Shown here: piece after piece, positions 51,001-60,915 of the stretch
Numbering within the stretch: the stretch's first letter is position 1
How the letters are laid out: each line of letters begins with the position of its first letter
Source of the DNA: a bacterium
GTDB lineage: Bacteria; Patescibacteriota; Patescibacteriia; Patescibacteriales; UBA12465
Length of the DNA stretch: 64,000 nucleotides
Assembly (NCBI GenBank): GCA_035400585.1
Contig: DAOMZR010000001.1
Location: 191,347-255,346, forward strand
Direction of reading: 5' to 3'
Notes under the pieces: model-generated
The model's database searches: none
Seen by the model: only the letters and a program-made list of their open reading frames with translations
Told to the model about the DNA's origin: nothing
Made by a program: the position numbers and the translations under genes

Positions 51001-52812
51001 CTAATTTTTGTCAATTTCCTGGTTTTTTTTATTAACCTTTATATTCAATTCTTCTAGTTGTTTTTCTTTAACTTCACAAGGAGAGCCACTCATCAAATCT
51101 TTACCTTTACTATCTTTGGGGAAAGCATAGATATCCCTAATTGAATTCCAGTTATTTAAAACCATAACAATTCTATCTAATCCAGGGGCATTTCCTCCAT
51201 GAGGAGGAGCACCATAAGAAAAAGCGTTAATCATAGCCGAAAAATTTTGATCAACTTCTTCTTTAGAATATCCGGCTATTTCAAAAGCTTTATACATAAC
51301 TTCTGGGTTATGATTTCTGATCGCTCCAGAAGAAACCTCAAAACCATTAAAAACCAAATCAAATTGATGAGCTAAAATTGATAAAGGCTCTTTGTTGAGC
51401 AATGATTCCATTCCACCTTGAGGCATAGAAAATGGATTATGAGCAAAGTCAATTCTTCCCTCTTCTATTTCTGAATATTCATACATTGGAAAATCAACTA
51501 CCCAAACCAAAGAAGCCAAGGAATTATCTTTTAAATTCATTTTTTCTGCCAAATAATTTCTTAAATAACCCAAAGCCAAACAAACAGTTCGCCACTCATC
51601 AGCTGCAATGAAAATAAGATCTCCTTCTTCCGACTTACATTTATTAATGATTTCAGAAATTAAATTATCACCTAAAAATTTTACCAAAGATGATTGAAAT
51701 TTTTCATCCTTTAAAACAATATAAGACAAGCCTTTTAGACCTTTCTTTTTAGCCTCTTCAATTGTTTCATCTATTTCCTTTCTGCTAAATTTTGCACCAC
51801 CTTTAACATTTAAAGCCTTAACAAATCCACCGTTTTTAATTTGATTAGTAAAAATAGCAAAATCAGAATTTTTAACTAAATCAGAAATATCAGTTAACTC
51901 CATTTCAAATCGTAAATCAGGCTTGTCTGATCCAAAACGATTTATAGCATCTGTCCAAGAAATTTGTTGAAAGCGACCATCCGGCAAAAGACCAATCATT
52001 TTTTTATCACTAAACTTTTCTACCAAATCTTTCATTAATGGTTCCATTGTTTTAAAAATATCGTCTTGTTCGACAAAACTCATTTCCATATCTACTTGAT
52101 AAAACTCTCCATAATGGCGATCCATGCGCGGATCCTCATCTCTAAAACAAGGGGCTATTTGAAAATATTTATCAACACCGCCAACCATTAATAATTGCTT
52201 AAACTGTTGCGGCGCCTGTGGCAAAGCATAAAATTTGCCAGGATAAATACGAGAAGGTATTAAAAAATCACGAGCACCCTCTGGTGAAGAGTTAGCCAAA
52301 ATTGGAGTTTGAATTTCTGTAAAATTTAAATTGTGAAAATAAGATCTAATATGTTTAATAATTTCGTCTTTTGTTTTTAACATTTTTTGGATTTTTTCTC
52401 GACGTAAATCCAAAAAACGATATTTTAAACGTAAAGCTTCGTTCACTTCTCCTGTTTTTTCATCATTTAGTTCAAAAGGAAGTGGCAAGCTTTTATTCAA
52501 GATTACAACATCCAAAATTTCCACCTCAATTTCTCCAGTGTTAATTTTATTGTTTTTATTAGCTTCATCACGAGCTACAACCAAACCATTAATTTGTAAA
52601 ACCCACTCATTTTTTACATCTTTTAAAGCGTCAGCTATTTTTTTATCACCATCATTACTATTAAATTTAATTTGAGTCAATCCGTATTTATCGCGCAAAT
52701 CTATGAAAATAAGACCGCCTAAATCGCGATAGCTATTTACCCAGCCAGACAAAATAACCTTTTCTCCTAAATTTTTAGAGCTCAGCTCCCCGCAAGTGTG
52801 AGTTCGAAGCAT
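51001..52812 (-). CDS. aspS: Aspartyl-tRNA synthetase (bacterial type, with insertion domain)
   Basis: 'MLRTHTCGELS', 'GWVNSYRDLGGLIFIDLRD', 'FRDEDPRMDRH', 'GGNAPGLDRIVM'. Confidence 0.95.
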   Translation of the reverse strand: MLRTHTCGELSSKNLGEKVILSGWVNSYRDLGGLIFIDLRDKYGLTQIKFNSNDGDKKIADALKDVKNEWVLQINGLVVARDEANKNNKINTGEIEVEILDVVILNKSLPLPFELNDEKTGEVNEALRLKYRFLDLRREKIQKMLKTKDEIIKHIRSYFHNLNFTEIQTPILANSSPEGARDFLIPSRIYPGKFYALPQAPQQFKQLLMVGGVDKYFQIAPCFRDEDPRMDRHYGEFYQVDMEMSFVEQDDIFKTMEPLMKDLVEKFSDKKMIGLLPDGRFQQISWTDAINRFGSDKPDLRFEMELTDISDLVKNSDFAIFTNQIKNGGFVKALNVKGGAKFSRKEIDETIEEAKKKGLKGLSYIVLKDEKFQSSLVKFLGDNLISEIINKCKSEEGDLIFIAADEWRTVCLALGYLRNYLAEKMNLKDNSLASLVWVVDFPMYEYSEIEEGRIDFAHNPFSMPQGGMESLLNKEPLSILAHQFDLVFNGFEVSSGAIRNHNPEVMYKAFEIAGYSKEEVDQNFSAMINAFSYGAPPHGGNAPGLDRIVMVLNNWNSIRDIYAFPKDSKGKDLMSGSPCEVKEKQLEELNIKVNKKNQEIDKN

Positions 52813-52949
52813 ATATTTATCTTAATTATATTTAATTATCACCAATTACTATATAAATATAGCCTAATTATACAAAAAAGTAAATAATAAATTTACTTAA
52901 TTCTTTTTTTGCTGTATATTGTTTTTATGATTAAAATTAACAAAATTAT

Positions 52950-53300
52950 ATGGCTGATGTTCAACAAATTTTCAATAAAATAAAAGAAAGGCAAAAAGAA
53001 CAAAAAACAATAAAACAAATTTATCGAGATGTTTTAAATAATTCTCAGGAATATCAGAACGTTTTAGAAGAGCTTGATAGTTTGAAAATCAAAAAGAAAA
53101 AAATAGAGGAAGTTTTAAAAAGCGAATTAAGGTCAGAAATGGAGCAATTAAACTCTATTAAAGTTGATATTGAATCAGAAAAAGAAATATTAAGCCAAGC
53201 AACTTTAGCTAAAATACTAAAAGGAGAACAAATAGAACTGGTCGATGAAAATAATAATAAATATGAGCCTATCTTCAGTGTACGTTTTAGAAAATATTAA
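52950..53300 (+). CDS. Hypothetical coiled-coil protein (116 aa)
   Basis: K/E/Q/L-rich heptad-like sequence. Lies upstream of, and co-oriented with, the second GreA-like gene. Confidence 0.4.
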   Translation: MADVQQIFNKIKERQKEQKTIKQIYRDVLNNSQEYQNVLEELDSLKIKKKKIEEVLKSELRSEMEQLNSIKVDIESEKEILSQATLAKILKGEQIELVDENNNKYEPIFSVRFRKY

Positions 53301-53345
53301 AAATTTAAATATCTCAGAATTTAAAAAATAAATTAATTATAAATT

Positions 53346-53837
53346 ATGAGGGTACCAATCAGAAGAAGTGATAAAGTTCCCACAGAAAAAATAGACACTA
53401 AAATAACATTAGAAAAATACCGAAGTTTATCAAAAACTTTAGAAAAACTAAAAAACGAAATCAGACCGAAAGAATCGGAGGAGGTAAAAATATTATCGAC
53501 TACCGGAGATTATTCGGAAAATGCTGGTTATCAAGCGGCTAAAGCAAAACTAAGAAGAACTAATAATAAAATCAGTAAAATAGAATATATCTTAAATAGG
53601 GCCGACATAATTGAAACAAACCCAAAAAGCGACGAAGTACAAATAGGCAGTTTGGTTAAACTAGAAATTGATGGAAAAATAAAAAAATATCAGATACTAG
53701 GATCAGCCGAAACCGATCCCAGCAAAGGAAAAATATCATACATATCACCTCTTGGTAGTTCTTTGTTGGGAAAAAAAATAGGAGAATTTGTCAGTATAAA
53801 CAACTTAAAAAAATACAAAATTGTAGAAATAAAATAA
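53346..53837 (+). CDS. GreA/GreB-family transcript cleavage factor paralog
   Basis: 'GDYSENAGYQAAKAKL' (compare the GreA 'GDLSENAEY' motif) and a C-terminal 'ISYISPLGSSLLGKKIGEFV'. The N-terminus is divergent. Confidence 0.75.
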   Translation: MRVPIRRSDKVPTEKIDTKITLEKYRSLSKTLEKLKNEIRPKESEEVKILSTTGDYSENAGYQAAKAKLRRTNNKISKIEYILNRADIIETNPKSDEVQIGSLVKLEIDGKIKKYQILGSAETDPSKGKISYISPLGSSLLGKKIGEFVSINNLKKYKIVEIK

Positions 53838-53860
53838 AGGCATCAAATGATGCCTTTTAA
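53837..53860 (+). terminator. Rho-independent terminator
   Basis: 'aaggcatc-aaat-gatgccttttaa'. Confidence 0.6.
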
Positions 53861-53872
53861 AGTTGTAAATGT

Positions 53873-54376
53873 TTAAATCCCGTAAAAAAGAGATGATTGG
53901 CGATTTTTAATAATTCTATTAGTCCATCTCCAAAATAAACCTAAAATAATTACCAATAAATAAAGAACGAAGGGATAGAAAAAAAATTTTTCTAATAAAC
54001 TGTTATCAATTACCTCTTTAAAAGTCTGGTCAAAAAAATTATAAACAGGAACAAAATTAAAAAAATAATTCAGACATAAAAACAACCAGACATTAGCAAA
54101 AGGATAAATAACAAAGTAAAAGAAAAAAAATGTATGCCATTTTTCAAAAACATTAAAATCTTTAATAGTAATTCCGGCACTAGAAGTTAACTGTAAAAAA
54201 ATTATTAACAAAATAAAAATACCAAAACCGGCCACAGAAATAGACTTTAAAATATCTGACGGAAAATATAAATTCAAAAAAATGGCTATTATCCCCAGCA
54301 TAATGCCAGAAGCAGAGATTAGGGAGATTAGGCAAAAAATTGCTAAAATGTTAGGACTTACCTCTTTTGTATCCAT
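53873..54376 (-). CDS. Hypothetical polytopic membrane protein (167 aa)
   Basis: Four to five hydrophobic helices. No family recognised. Confidence 0.45.
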   Translation of the reverse strand: MDTKEVSPNILAIFCLISLISASGIMLGIIAIFLNLYFPSDILKSISVAGFGIFILLIIFLQLTSSAGITIKDFNVFEKWHTFFFFYFVIYPFANVWLFLCLNYFFNFVPVYNFFDQTFKEVIDNSLLEKFFFYPFVLYLLVIILGLFWRWTNRIIKNRQSSLFYGI

Positions 54377-54422
54377 ATCATTTACTTTTTAGTTAGTATC
54401 AAAGAACCATTAAATACTTGTA

Positions 54423-55907
54423 TCACAAAAATAAATTTTTGTCAAAAGTAAAATTTCTTAATTCCTTTCTAATTGTTTTAAAATCTGGTACCGACAAAGA
54501 AACCAGATTCCAAAAAGCTAATGAATGATTAAACTCTTTTAAATGACATAATTCATGAACAATTACATAATTAGCTAATTTCTCTGGAAGAAAAATTAAT
54601 TTATAACTAAAATTTAAATTACCACAACGAGAACAACTTCCCCAACGAGTCTTTTGGTTTCTAATGCTTATTTTTGAATATTTAAAATTGTAAACCTTAT
54701 TTAATTCTTTAATCTTATTTTCAATAAAAATATAAGCATTTTTTTTATTTTTTTGATAATTTTGATAACTATTTTGCTGGTTGTTTTCGACTATTCTTTT
54801 GGAAAAAATTTTTAGTTTATCAATAATCCAATCAATTTTTTTAATATCGGGCATTGTTATTTCTATTTTTAAGTACTTCGTGCCGGCCGAAAATGGTATT
54901 TTATCATTTTCCATGATCCAAGTTTCAGTATTATAATAGCTTTCAAGTTCTGATCTCTTTATTGATAAGGTGTTATTTATGTTTTCAAAATCTAAATTTA
55001 TCAAATCATATTGGCTACCTTTCGCCATTATACTAAATTTATCACCTTGCCTAACCGTTATTTCATCAAATTTAACGAAGCGCGAAACATAAATACTGTT
55101 AAAATCTTTAAGGTCAAAATATCTCTCAATCTTATTTTCTTTCATAATCGCTTTTTTTTCTTCAAACTTTGATTCTGTATAGGAAAACAGTAAAAAGAAC
55201 GTTACCAAGCCCAAAAAGAATACTAATATAAGTCCAATAAATAATTTTTTATTAAAAAATTTCTTTTTTATAGCCAATAAATCTAAACCCAGAATAGCCA
55301 CAAAAATTGTTGGTATTGAAATTATAAATAAAGCTGATAGAAGGAATATATAATATCTCACTATCCCAATAACTTCTATTGTCTTAAAATCAACCATAAA
55401 TCTATCAAACAAAGAACTTGAGGAGTTAAACGATAGAATTAGAAAAATAACAACAGAAACTAAAAATCCTATAGTTCCTAGACTTAAAAATATTGCTCCA
55501 AATATTTTCTTGAAGACTAAAACTGATTTTGCTGGCGGATTTTTTGTAAGCAATAAAGTAATGCCCCTGATAACAATGCCCATCAGGCCACCAAAAATAA
55601 TAATTGCGGCAAAAAATAAAGCCGTTTGTAAAACTGGCAAAAAAAGAAAATGACCATCATAATCATACTCAATTATTATCTGCCAGATAATTATAAATAT
55701 AAAGCTAGTTAGAAATGAGCCGACAATCAATTTGGGCAAAAAATGATAACTTTTATCTTCATTTTGTGCCAATACCATCAGAATTCCGGCCGTTAAAGGT
55801 AAAAGTAAAATTTGCCATCCCCAGAAAAACGTAAACCAATCCGGCTTAAGGGTAAATAACCACCCGAGAATAATAGTAATGGCGGAAATTAAATAAATTT
55901 TTTTCAT
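54423..55907 (-). CDS. Polytopic membrane domain fused to a YgjP/DUF45 (M48-like, HExxH) metallohydrolase domain
   Basis: About 250 aa of TM helices at the N-terminus. C-terminal 'IRNQKTRWGSCSRCGNLNFSYKLIFLPEKLANYVIVHELCHLKEFNHSLAFWNLV' is the DUF45 signature. Confidence 0.7.
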   Translation of the reverse strand: MKKIYLISAITIILGWLFTLKPDWFTFFWGWQILLLPLTAGILMVLAQNEDKSYHFLPKLIVGSFLTSFIFIIIWQIIIEYDYDGHFLFLPVLQTALFFAAIIIFGGLMGIVIRGITLLLTKNPPAKSVLVFKKIFGAIFLSLGTIGFLVSVVIFLILSFNSSSSLFDRFMVDFKTIEVIGIVRYYIFLLSALFIISIPTIFVAILGLDLLAIKKKFFNKKLFIGLILVFFLGLVTFFLLFSYTESKFEEKKAIMKENKIERYFDLKDFNSIYVSRFVKFDEITVRQGDKFSIMAKGSQYDLINLDFENINNTLSIKRSELESYYNTETWIMENDKIPFSAGTKYLKIEITMPDIKKIDWIIDKLKIFSKRIVENNQQNSYQNYQKNKKNAYIFIENKIKELNKVYNFKYSKISIRNQKTRWGSCSRCGNLNFSYKLIFLPEKLANYVIVHELCHLKEFNHSLAFWNLVSLSVPDFKTIRKELRNFTFDKNLFL

Positions 55908-56017
55908 AATAAATAAGAATTTTTATTCATATATTAGCTATTATATCATAATTTTGTTGTATTTAATAGTTAATGTAAATATATTTTTTACAGAACTCGG
56001 ATTCGAACTAAAATATA

Positions 56018-56047
56018 CAAAAAACACCTGTAAATACAGATGTTTTT
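56018..56047 (-). terminator. Rho-independent terminator downstream of tRNA-Asn
   Basis: Minus strand: ACAUCUGU-AUUU-ACAGGUGU + UUUUUUG. Confidence 0.65.
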
Positions 56048-56055
56048 GAGCGTTG

Positions 56056-56127
56056 CTCCGAGGGTGGGATTCGAACCCACGACCAATTGATTAACAGTCA
56101 ACTGCGCTACCGCTGCGCTACCTCGGA
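56056..56127 (-). tRNA. tRNA-Asn (anticodon GUU), 72 nt, CCA not encoded
   Basis: Hand-folded cloverleaf: acceptor UCCGAGG/CCUCGGA and a D arm GCGC-AGCGGUA-GCGC. The anticodon arm is GUUGA-CUGUUAA-UCAAU. The T arm is GUGGG-UUCGAAU-CCCAC, and the discriminator is G. Confidence 0.9.
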
Positions 56128-56240
56128 ATACATTCAGTTTTTAAAACTGAATATATAATAACAAACTAAAATAAAATGTCAAATGAATTGACCATCTTTA
56201 AAACGAAAAAACCAATATATATTCAAATTATTATCAAAAA

Positions 56241-57149
56241 TTAATCACTAAGAAGTTTTTTGTCCTCTATCCACAAATTGCCCCTAAAACAATTTCTTCC
56301 GGGATTGAATTTTCTGTCTCCATAATATGATCTACCGTTTTCGTCGTCACTACTAGTTCGGAAACTAGCGCAAATTTCAAATTCTCTATCACCAATTTTA
56401 TTATATTCTATTTTTTCACCAGTTTCTGGATCAATTAAACTTCTTTGATCAAAATAAATTTTACCTTCTTCCGAAGATATTTCTTGTAAATTTTCCGGAA
56501 GTCTATGATTTAAATCATAATAGCTATTTACCATGCTTTCAATCGTTGAAATTCTATTTAAAACAATTTGATCTAATTTTTTCTGTCTAGCTATTTGTGG
56601 CGACTCTACAAAAAACAAAGATGAAACAAAAATTATCACCACCAAACTTAAAGAGCCCCAAAAAAAGATTTTAAGATTATTATCTCTCTTTTCAACGTTT
56701 TCTCTTTTAATATCGTAGAAATAATAACTAAACACCAAAGCAGAAATAACAAAAACGGTTAAAGCCTTTAGAATAAATTTTAAAGTCATTTCGCCTGATA
56801 AAAAGCTATTTAATATGCCGATTAAAGATCCTAGAATTATCACTGCTGAAACAAACAAAATGAAATAGGTTAACCAGCGACGCAAAGAGGAATCTTTTTC
56901 TAATTCATTCTTTCTTAATCCATTGTTTATCAATCTAAGCATTAAGAAAAATATAGGAGCGGCTACAAACAAAGCTGAAATTCCAAACCTCAAACCACCA
57001 TCATTGTTGTAAGCGTAATCAACCAAAATATCGTTGACACTTTTGTCTACTATTTGAAAAATTATTATCGCTGAAGAAATTGCTGTAAAAATCAAAGCCA
57101 CCAGAGAAAGCAAATAATAAAAAGCGAACTTCGGATTGTGATTTTTCAT
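56241..57149 (-). CDS. Membrane protein, DUF5671-like N-terminal TM domain with a pilin-like globular C-terminus
   Basis: 'KFAFYYLLSLVALIFTAISSAIIIFQ' and about 5 TM helices. The C-terminal 'LPENLQEI...LIDPETGEKIEYNKIGDREFEICASF' resembles pilin-type head domains. Confidence 0.5.
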   Translation of the reverse strand: MKNHNPKFAFYYLLSLVALIFTAISSAIIIFQIVDKSVNDILVDYAYNNDGGLRFGISALFVAAPIFFLMLRLINNGLRKNELEKDSSLRRWLTYFILFVSAVIILGSLIGILNSFLSGEMTLKFILKALTVFVISALVFSYYFYDIKRENVEKRDNNLKIFFWGSLSLVVIIFVSSLFFVESPQIARQKKLDQIVLNRISTIESMVNSYYDLNHRLPENLQEISSEEGKIYFDQRSLIDPETGEKIEYNKIGDREFEICASFRTSSDDENGRSYYGDRKFNPGRNCFRGNLWIEDKKLLSD

Positions 57150-57189
57150 ATTTTTTTAATTAATTATAAATTTTTAAATTATATTAAAT

Positions 57190-58518
57190 TTAAAAATCTC
57201 TTAATTTTTCCAAACTCTTATTTTTCATTTTTCTAATCTTTTCTAAGGCCTTAGCTTCAATTTGTCTAATTCTCTCTCTGGTTACCTCAAATTCCTGACC
57301 AACTTCTTCCAAGGTATGAGCCACTCCATCAATCAAACCAAATCTCATTTCCAGTATTTTCTGCTCTCTAGGAGAAAGACTAATAATTACTTCCTTAACA
57401 TAATCTTTTAAAAGTTGAAGGGCAGCTACTCTATCTGGGGTTTCATTTTTAACATCTTCAATAAAATCTTCCAAGGTCGAATTATCATCATCATCACCGA
57501 TGGTTGTCTCCAGAGAAATAGTCTCTTGAGAAATTTTCATGATATAAATAACCTTATCTAATTCTTCACCCATTTCTGAGGCTACCTCCTCAATCATTGG
57601 TTCTCTGCCTAATTCTTGGATTAAAAATCTTTGAGCCTGTTGAAATTTATTTATATTTTCAACCATATGAACTGGAATACGAATTGTTCTCGATTGATCA
57701 GCTAAAGCTCTAGTTATGGCTTGTCTAATCCACCAGGTAGCATAGGTTGAAAATTTATAACCCTTTTGGTGTTCAAATTTATCAACCGCTCTAAAAAGAC
57801 CAATATTTCCTTCCTGAATCAAATCCAACAAACTCAAACCTTTTACTCCGGAGAATTTTTTAGCAATTGAAACAACCAATTTCAAGTTTGATTCAATCAT
57901 TTTTCTTTCAGCATCTTTATCTCCACGATCCTTTCTTTTTGACAATTCAACTTCTTCTTCCGGGGTTAAAAGAGGAATTTTACCAATCTCTTTTAAATAT
58001 ATTTGAATCGAATCACTGGATAAATTAGCAAAATCAAAAGACATGGATGGTCCCTTTTTCTTTTCTGGAATATTTTTAGAACTTAAACCAAGAACATTAC
58101 CGCTGTCTTCGCTAACCATAATACCAGCGTCATTAAGTCTTCCTAAAAAAATTTCGTATTCATAAATGTGATCCTCAACGTTGGGAAAAAGATATAATAT
58201 TTCGGTTTCAGTTAAAAAACTACGAGATCTTCCCTTCTCAATTATTTTTAAAAGTTGTTCTTCGGATGGTGCTTCTTTTTTTTCGTAATGAGAAATTTCT
58301 ATTTTTTTCTGATCATGTTTTTTAGAGATCACTTTTTGTATTTTTTTGGTTTTATCGCTTTTCTTTTTATGATCCTTGATTTTCTCTTTTACATTTTTAA
58401 GATTTTTCTTTTTGCCAGCAGAAACATTTTTCTTATTTGAAGCTTTAACTACTACCTTATTCTTTTTATGTTTTTTGCCGGCCTCCGTCTTTTTTTCCTT
58501 CATTTTTTTGACATTCAT
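57190..58518 (-). CDS. rpoD: RNA polymerase primary sigma factor (sigma-70 family) with a lysine-rich N-terminal extension
   Basis: Region 2 '[13 protein letters not shown]' and region 4 '[24 protein letters not shown]'. About 80 aa of K-rich N-terminus. Lies downstream of dnaG. Confidence 0.95.
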   Translation of the reverse strand: MNVKKMKEKKTEAGKKHKKNKVVVKASNKKNVSAGKKKNLKNVKEKIKDHKKKSDKTKKIQKVISKKHDQKKIEISHYEKKEAPSEEQLLKIIEKGRSRSFLTETEILYLFPNVEDHIYEYEIFLGRLNDAGIMVSEDSGNVLGLSSKNIPEKKKGPSMSFDFANLSSDSIQIYLKEIGKIPLLTPEEEVELSKRKDRGDKDAERKMIESNLKLVVSIAKKFSGVKGLSLLDLIQEGNIGLFRAVDKFEHQKGYKFSTYATWWIRQAITRALADQSRTIRIPVHMVENINKFQQAQRFLIQELGREPMIEEVASEMGEELDKVIYIMKISQETISLETTIGDDDDNSTLEDFIEDVKNETPDRVAALQLLKDYVKEVIISLSPREQKILEMRFGLIDGVAHTLEEVGQEFEVTRERIRQIEAKALEKIRKMKNKSLEKLRDF

Positions 58519-58543
58519 ATTTTATTTAAATTTATTTTTATTA

Positions 58544-60403
58544 TTAATTGATTTTCAACAATTTGTCATTCAGCTCTTTAAGTTCATTTAAAATTTTCAA
58601 AATGTCATCTTTTTGACCATTTTTTTCCGATATAATCAACTCTGATTCCTTCTGCCTAATTAAATCCTTATAATACAAACGTTTAATCTCCAAAACTATG
58701 TTCGACAACTCCTTTTTAACTTTTGACTCTAAATCATTATTATCTTGACCATACAAATAAAAATCAGCCAAAAGCCAGGATTCATTTAGTAGAGATATTA
58801 AATTATTGTTTGAATTAGTCTCATCTTTAATATAGGCTAAAAATTGATTATAATCAAGCTTTCCCTTATTTTTATTACCGTACATCACTAATAATTCATA
58901 AAATTTACGATATTTCAAAGGAATTTGGTCTAAATCCAATTTATTGGACAAATAGTCAAAATTCTGTGGAAATCTCAAAGTCAAAGCAAATAAAAGTTCC
59001 GTTAGTTTGTCCTCTCTATTTTTTTGAACAACATTACTGGCTTGAACAAAATTTTTACCATTTTTTTTATTAGTCTCAAAAGTATCATTTTTATTGACTT
59101 TTTTATCTATTTTTGATAATTGCTCCCTTAAAAAAGATTCATTAACTGAATATTTTTGACATATTTCTTTGATCCAAAAATCCTGTTCAACTTTGTTATA
59201 CAGCATATTTACAACTGTTAATATCTTGTTAACGGATTTGTTTTTTTGGTCAATATTGTTCAAATCAATACTTTTTATTTCTTTTGTCAAATAATAATCT
59301 ATAATATTCTTTGAATTGTTAATGGCCTCTTCAAAGATTTTTGGATTATTTCTAATAATTTCATCCGGATCTTTACCTCTTTCCCCTTCTTTGAAGCTTA
59401 CAATCTTTAAATTCAGGCCATTTTTTAGGGCCTCAGCCACTCCTCGATCGGTGGCGCTAGAACCGGCTAAATCCTGATCAAATGATAAAATAACGTTACT
59501 GGTGTATCGTTTTATTAAGTTCAACTGGGAAACCGTTAAAGCTGTCCCTGATGAAGCTACAACGTTTTTAAAACCGGCTTCATGGGCCGAAATAGCGTCC
59601 ATTTGACCTTCAACCACTATTACAGCGTCTTTCTCCTTAATAGCTGTTTTGGCTAAATTTAAGGCAAACAGAAGCCTACTTTTATCATATAAATCGGTTT
59701 GGGGACTATTTATATATTTACCAAAGGATTTATCTCCATTTTGGTTGTCAGGATTTATTCTGGCAGTAAAAGCAACTACTCGACCGTTAACGTCTTTAAT
59801 TGGAAACATTATTCTATCTCGAAAACGATTATAATAACCACCCTTTTCACTTTTAACAGACATTCCGCTTAAAAAAATTTCATTATCAGTATATTTTTTA
59901 TTTTTTAAAAAGTTAATCAAATCGTCATAGCTATTTAAACTATAACCAATTCCCCAACGATTTATAGCTTCTGTTTTTAATCCTCTGTTTAGCAAATAAT
60001 CTCTGATTTTTTTACTCGATTCATTTTTAACTTTATCGTTAGTTAAAATAAAATTATAATATTTAGCGCTTAAATCTAATATTTCTAGTAAACGATTTTT
60101 ATTTTTATTTTCAGAAAAATCATTATTGTCTAAAACAACCCCCGCTTTAGGGGCTAACATTTTTAGAGTTTCTACAAAATCTAAACCCTCCATTTCCATC
60201 AGAAAAGAAAAAATATCTCCACCCTTGCCACAACCAAAGCAATGCCAAATTTGTTTTTCCGGAGAAACCATAAAAGACGGAGTCTTTTCATTGTGAAACG
60301 GACAAACCGCTCTAAAATTAGACCCTGCTGGTTTTAAATTTAGATATTGTGAAATAACATCAACAATATCTAATTTGGCTTTTATTTCTTCGGAATGATT
60401 CAT
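58544..60403 (-). CDS. dnaG: DNA primase
   Basis: Zn ribbon 'CPFHNEKTPSFMVSPEKQIWHCFGCGKGGD' and TOPRIM 'VIVVEGQMDAIS'. Confidence 0.95.
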   Translation of the reverse strand: MNHSEEIKAKLDIVDVISQYLNLKPAGSNFRAVCPFHNEKTPSFMVSPEKQIWHCFGCGKGGDIFSFLMEMEGLDFVETLKMLAPKAGVVLDNNDFSENKNKNRLLEILDLSAKYYNFILTNDKVKNESSKKIRDYLLNRGLKTEAINRWGIGYSLNSYDDLINFLKNKKYTDNEIFLSGMSVKSEKGGYYNRFRDRIMFPIKDVNGRVVAFTARINPDNQNGDKSFGKYINSPQTDLYDKSRLLFALNLAKTAIKEKDAVIVVEGQMDAISAHEAGFKNVVASSGTALTVSQLNLIKRYTSNVILSFDQDLAGSSATDRGVAEALKNGLNLKIVSFKEGERGKDPDEIIRNNPKIFEEAINNSKNIIDYYLTKEIKSIDLNNIDQKNKSVNKILTVVNMLYNKVEQDFWIKEICQKYSVNESFLREQLSKIDKKVNKNDTFETNKKNGKNFVQASNVVQKNREDKLTELLFALTLRFPQNFDYLSNKLDLDQIPLKYRKFYELLVMYGNKNKGKLDYNQFLAYIKDETNSNNNLISLLNESWLLADFYLYGQDNNDLESKVKKELSNIVLEIKRLYYKDLIRQKESELIISEKNGQKDDILKILNELKELNDKLLKIN

Positions 60404-60404
60404 T

Positions 60405-60905
60405 TTAGAAAAATAAAAATCTTTTCTTTTTTATATTTTTTTGAAAATTATCTAAATCCCTATCTAAGTCGCCACACTCCATATCGGCTAAAATATCATT
60501 TTCTGGATCGTCATTTTTTTTCTCAATTATAACTTCTTCTTTCTCCTGTTTATCAATTTTTTGATTAATCTGATGTTTTTTACCAAAAGGTAAAACACTA
60601 TAATTATTATTACCCACTATAATAGATAATGATTGTATTTCATTTTCAACCAAATCACCGTCATACTCAGCACTATGCATATGTTGTCCTTCATAACTGG
60701 CTCTTTTTTGATCTAAATGCAAGCTAAAAATACAATCATCATTATTTTCTTCTATATATAAATGAAAACGAGGATAATGACCATCACCCAGACGTCTCAC
60801 TAAACTTTCTTGACCACTTTTTCGGTCAAATATTAAGGCATAGCCAGAGCTTCTAATAACTTTTTTAGCATCTTCTAATTTAATTGATTTAACCAAAAAT
60901 TTCAT
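60405..60905 (-). CDS. Hypothetical protein (166 aa) at the head of the dnaG-rpoD operon
   Basis: Intact ORF abutting dnaG with a 1-nt gap. No family recognised. Confidence 0.45.
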   Translation of the reverse strand: MKFLVKSIKLEDAKKVIRSSGYALIFDRKSGQESLVRRLGDGHYPRFHLYIEENNDDCIFSLHLDQKRASYEGQHMHSAEYDGDLVENEIQSLSIIVGNNNYSVLPFGKKHQINQKIDKQEKEEVIIEKKNDDPENDILADMECGDLDRDLDNFQKNIKKKRFLFF

Positions 60906-60915
60906 AAGATAAACA

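Noticed and set aside
55991-56010. 'cagaactcggattcgaacta', a T-arm-like fragment (GTTCGAATCC on the minus strand) ~50 nt downstream of tRNA-Asn. I considered it a possible second tRNA-end duplication paralleling the tRNA-Gln locus.
   Set aside because: Only ~11 nt match the tRNA-Asn T-loop region, and no T-stem or acceptor pairing can be drawn. It is too short to distinguish from chance or an old remnant. It could be revisited if the tRNA-Gln duplication proves to be an integration scar.
58255-58591. Two Phe/Leu-rich plus-strand ORFs (61 and 71 aa).
   Set aside because: They are the antisense of the AAA/AAG-rich region encoding the lysine-rich RpoD N-terminus and the dnaG 3' end, so they are compositional artefacts.
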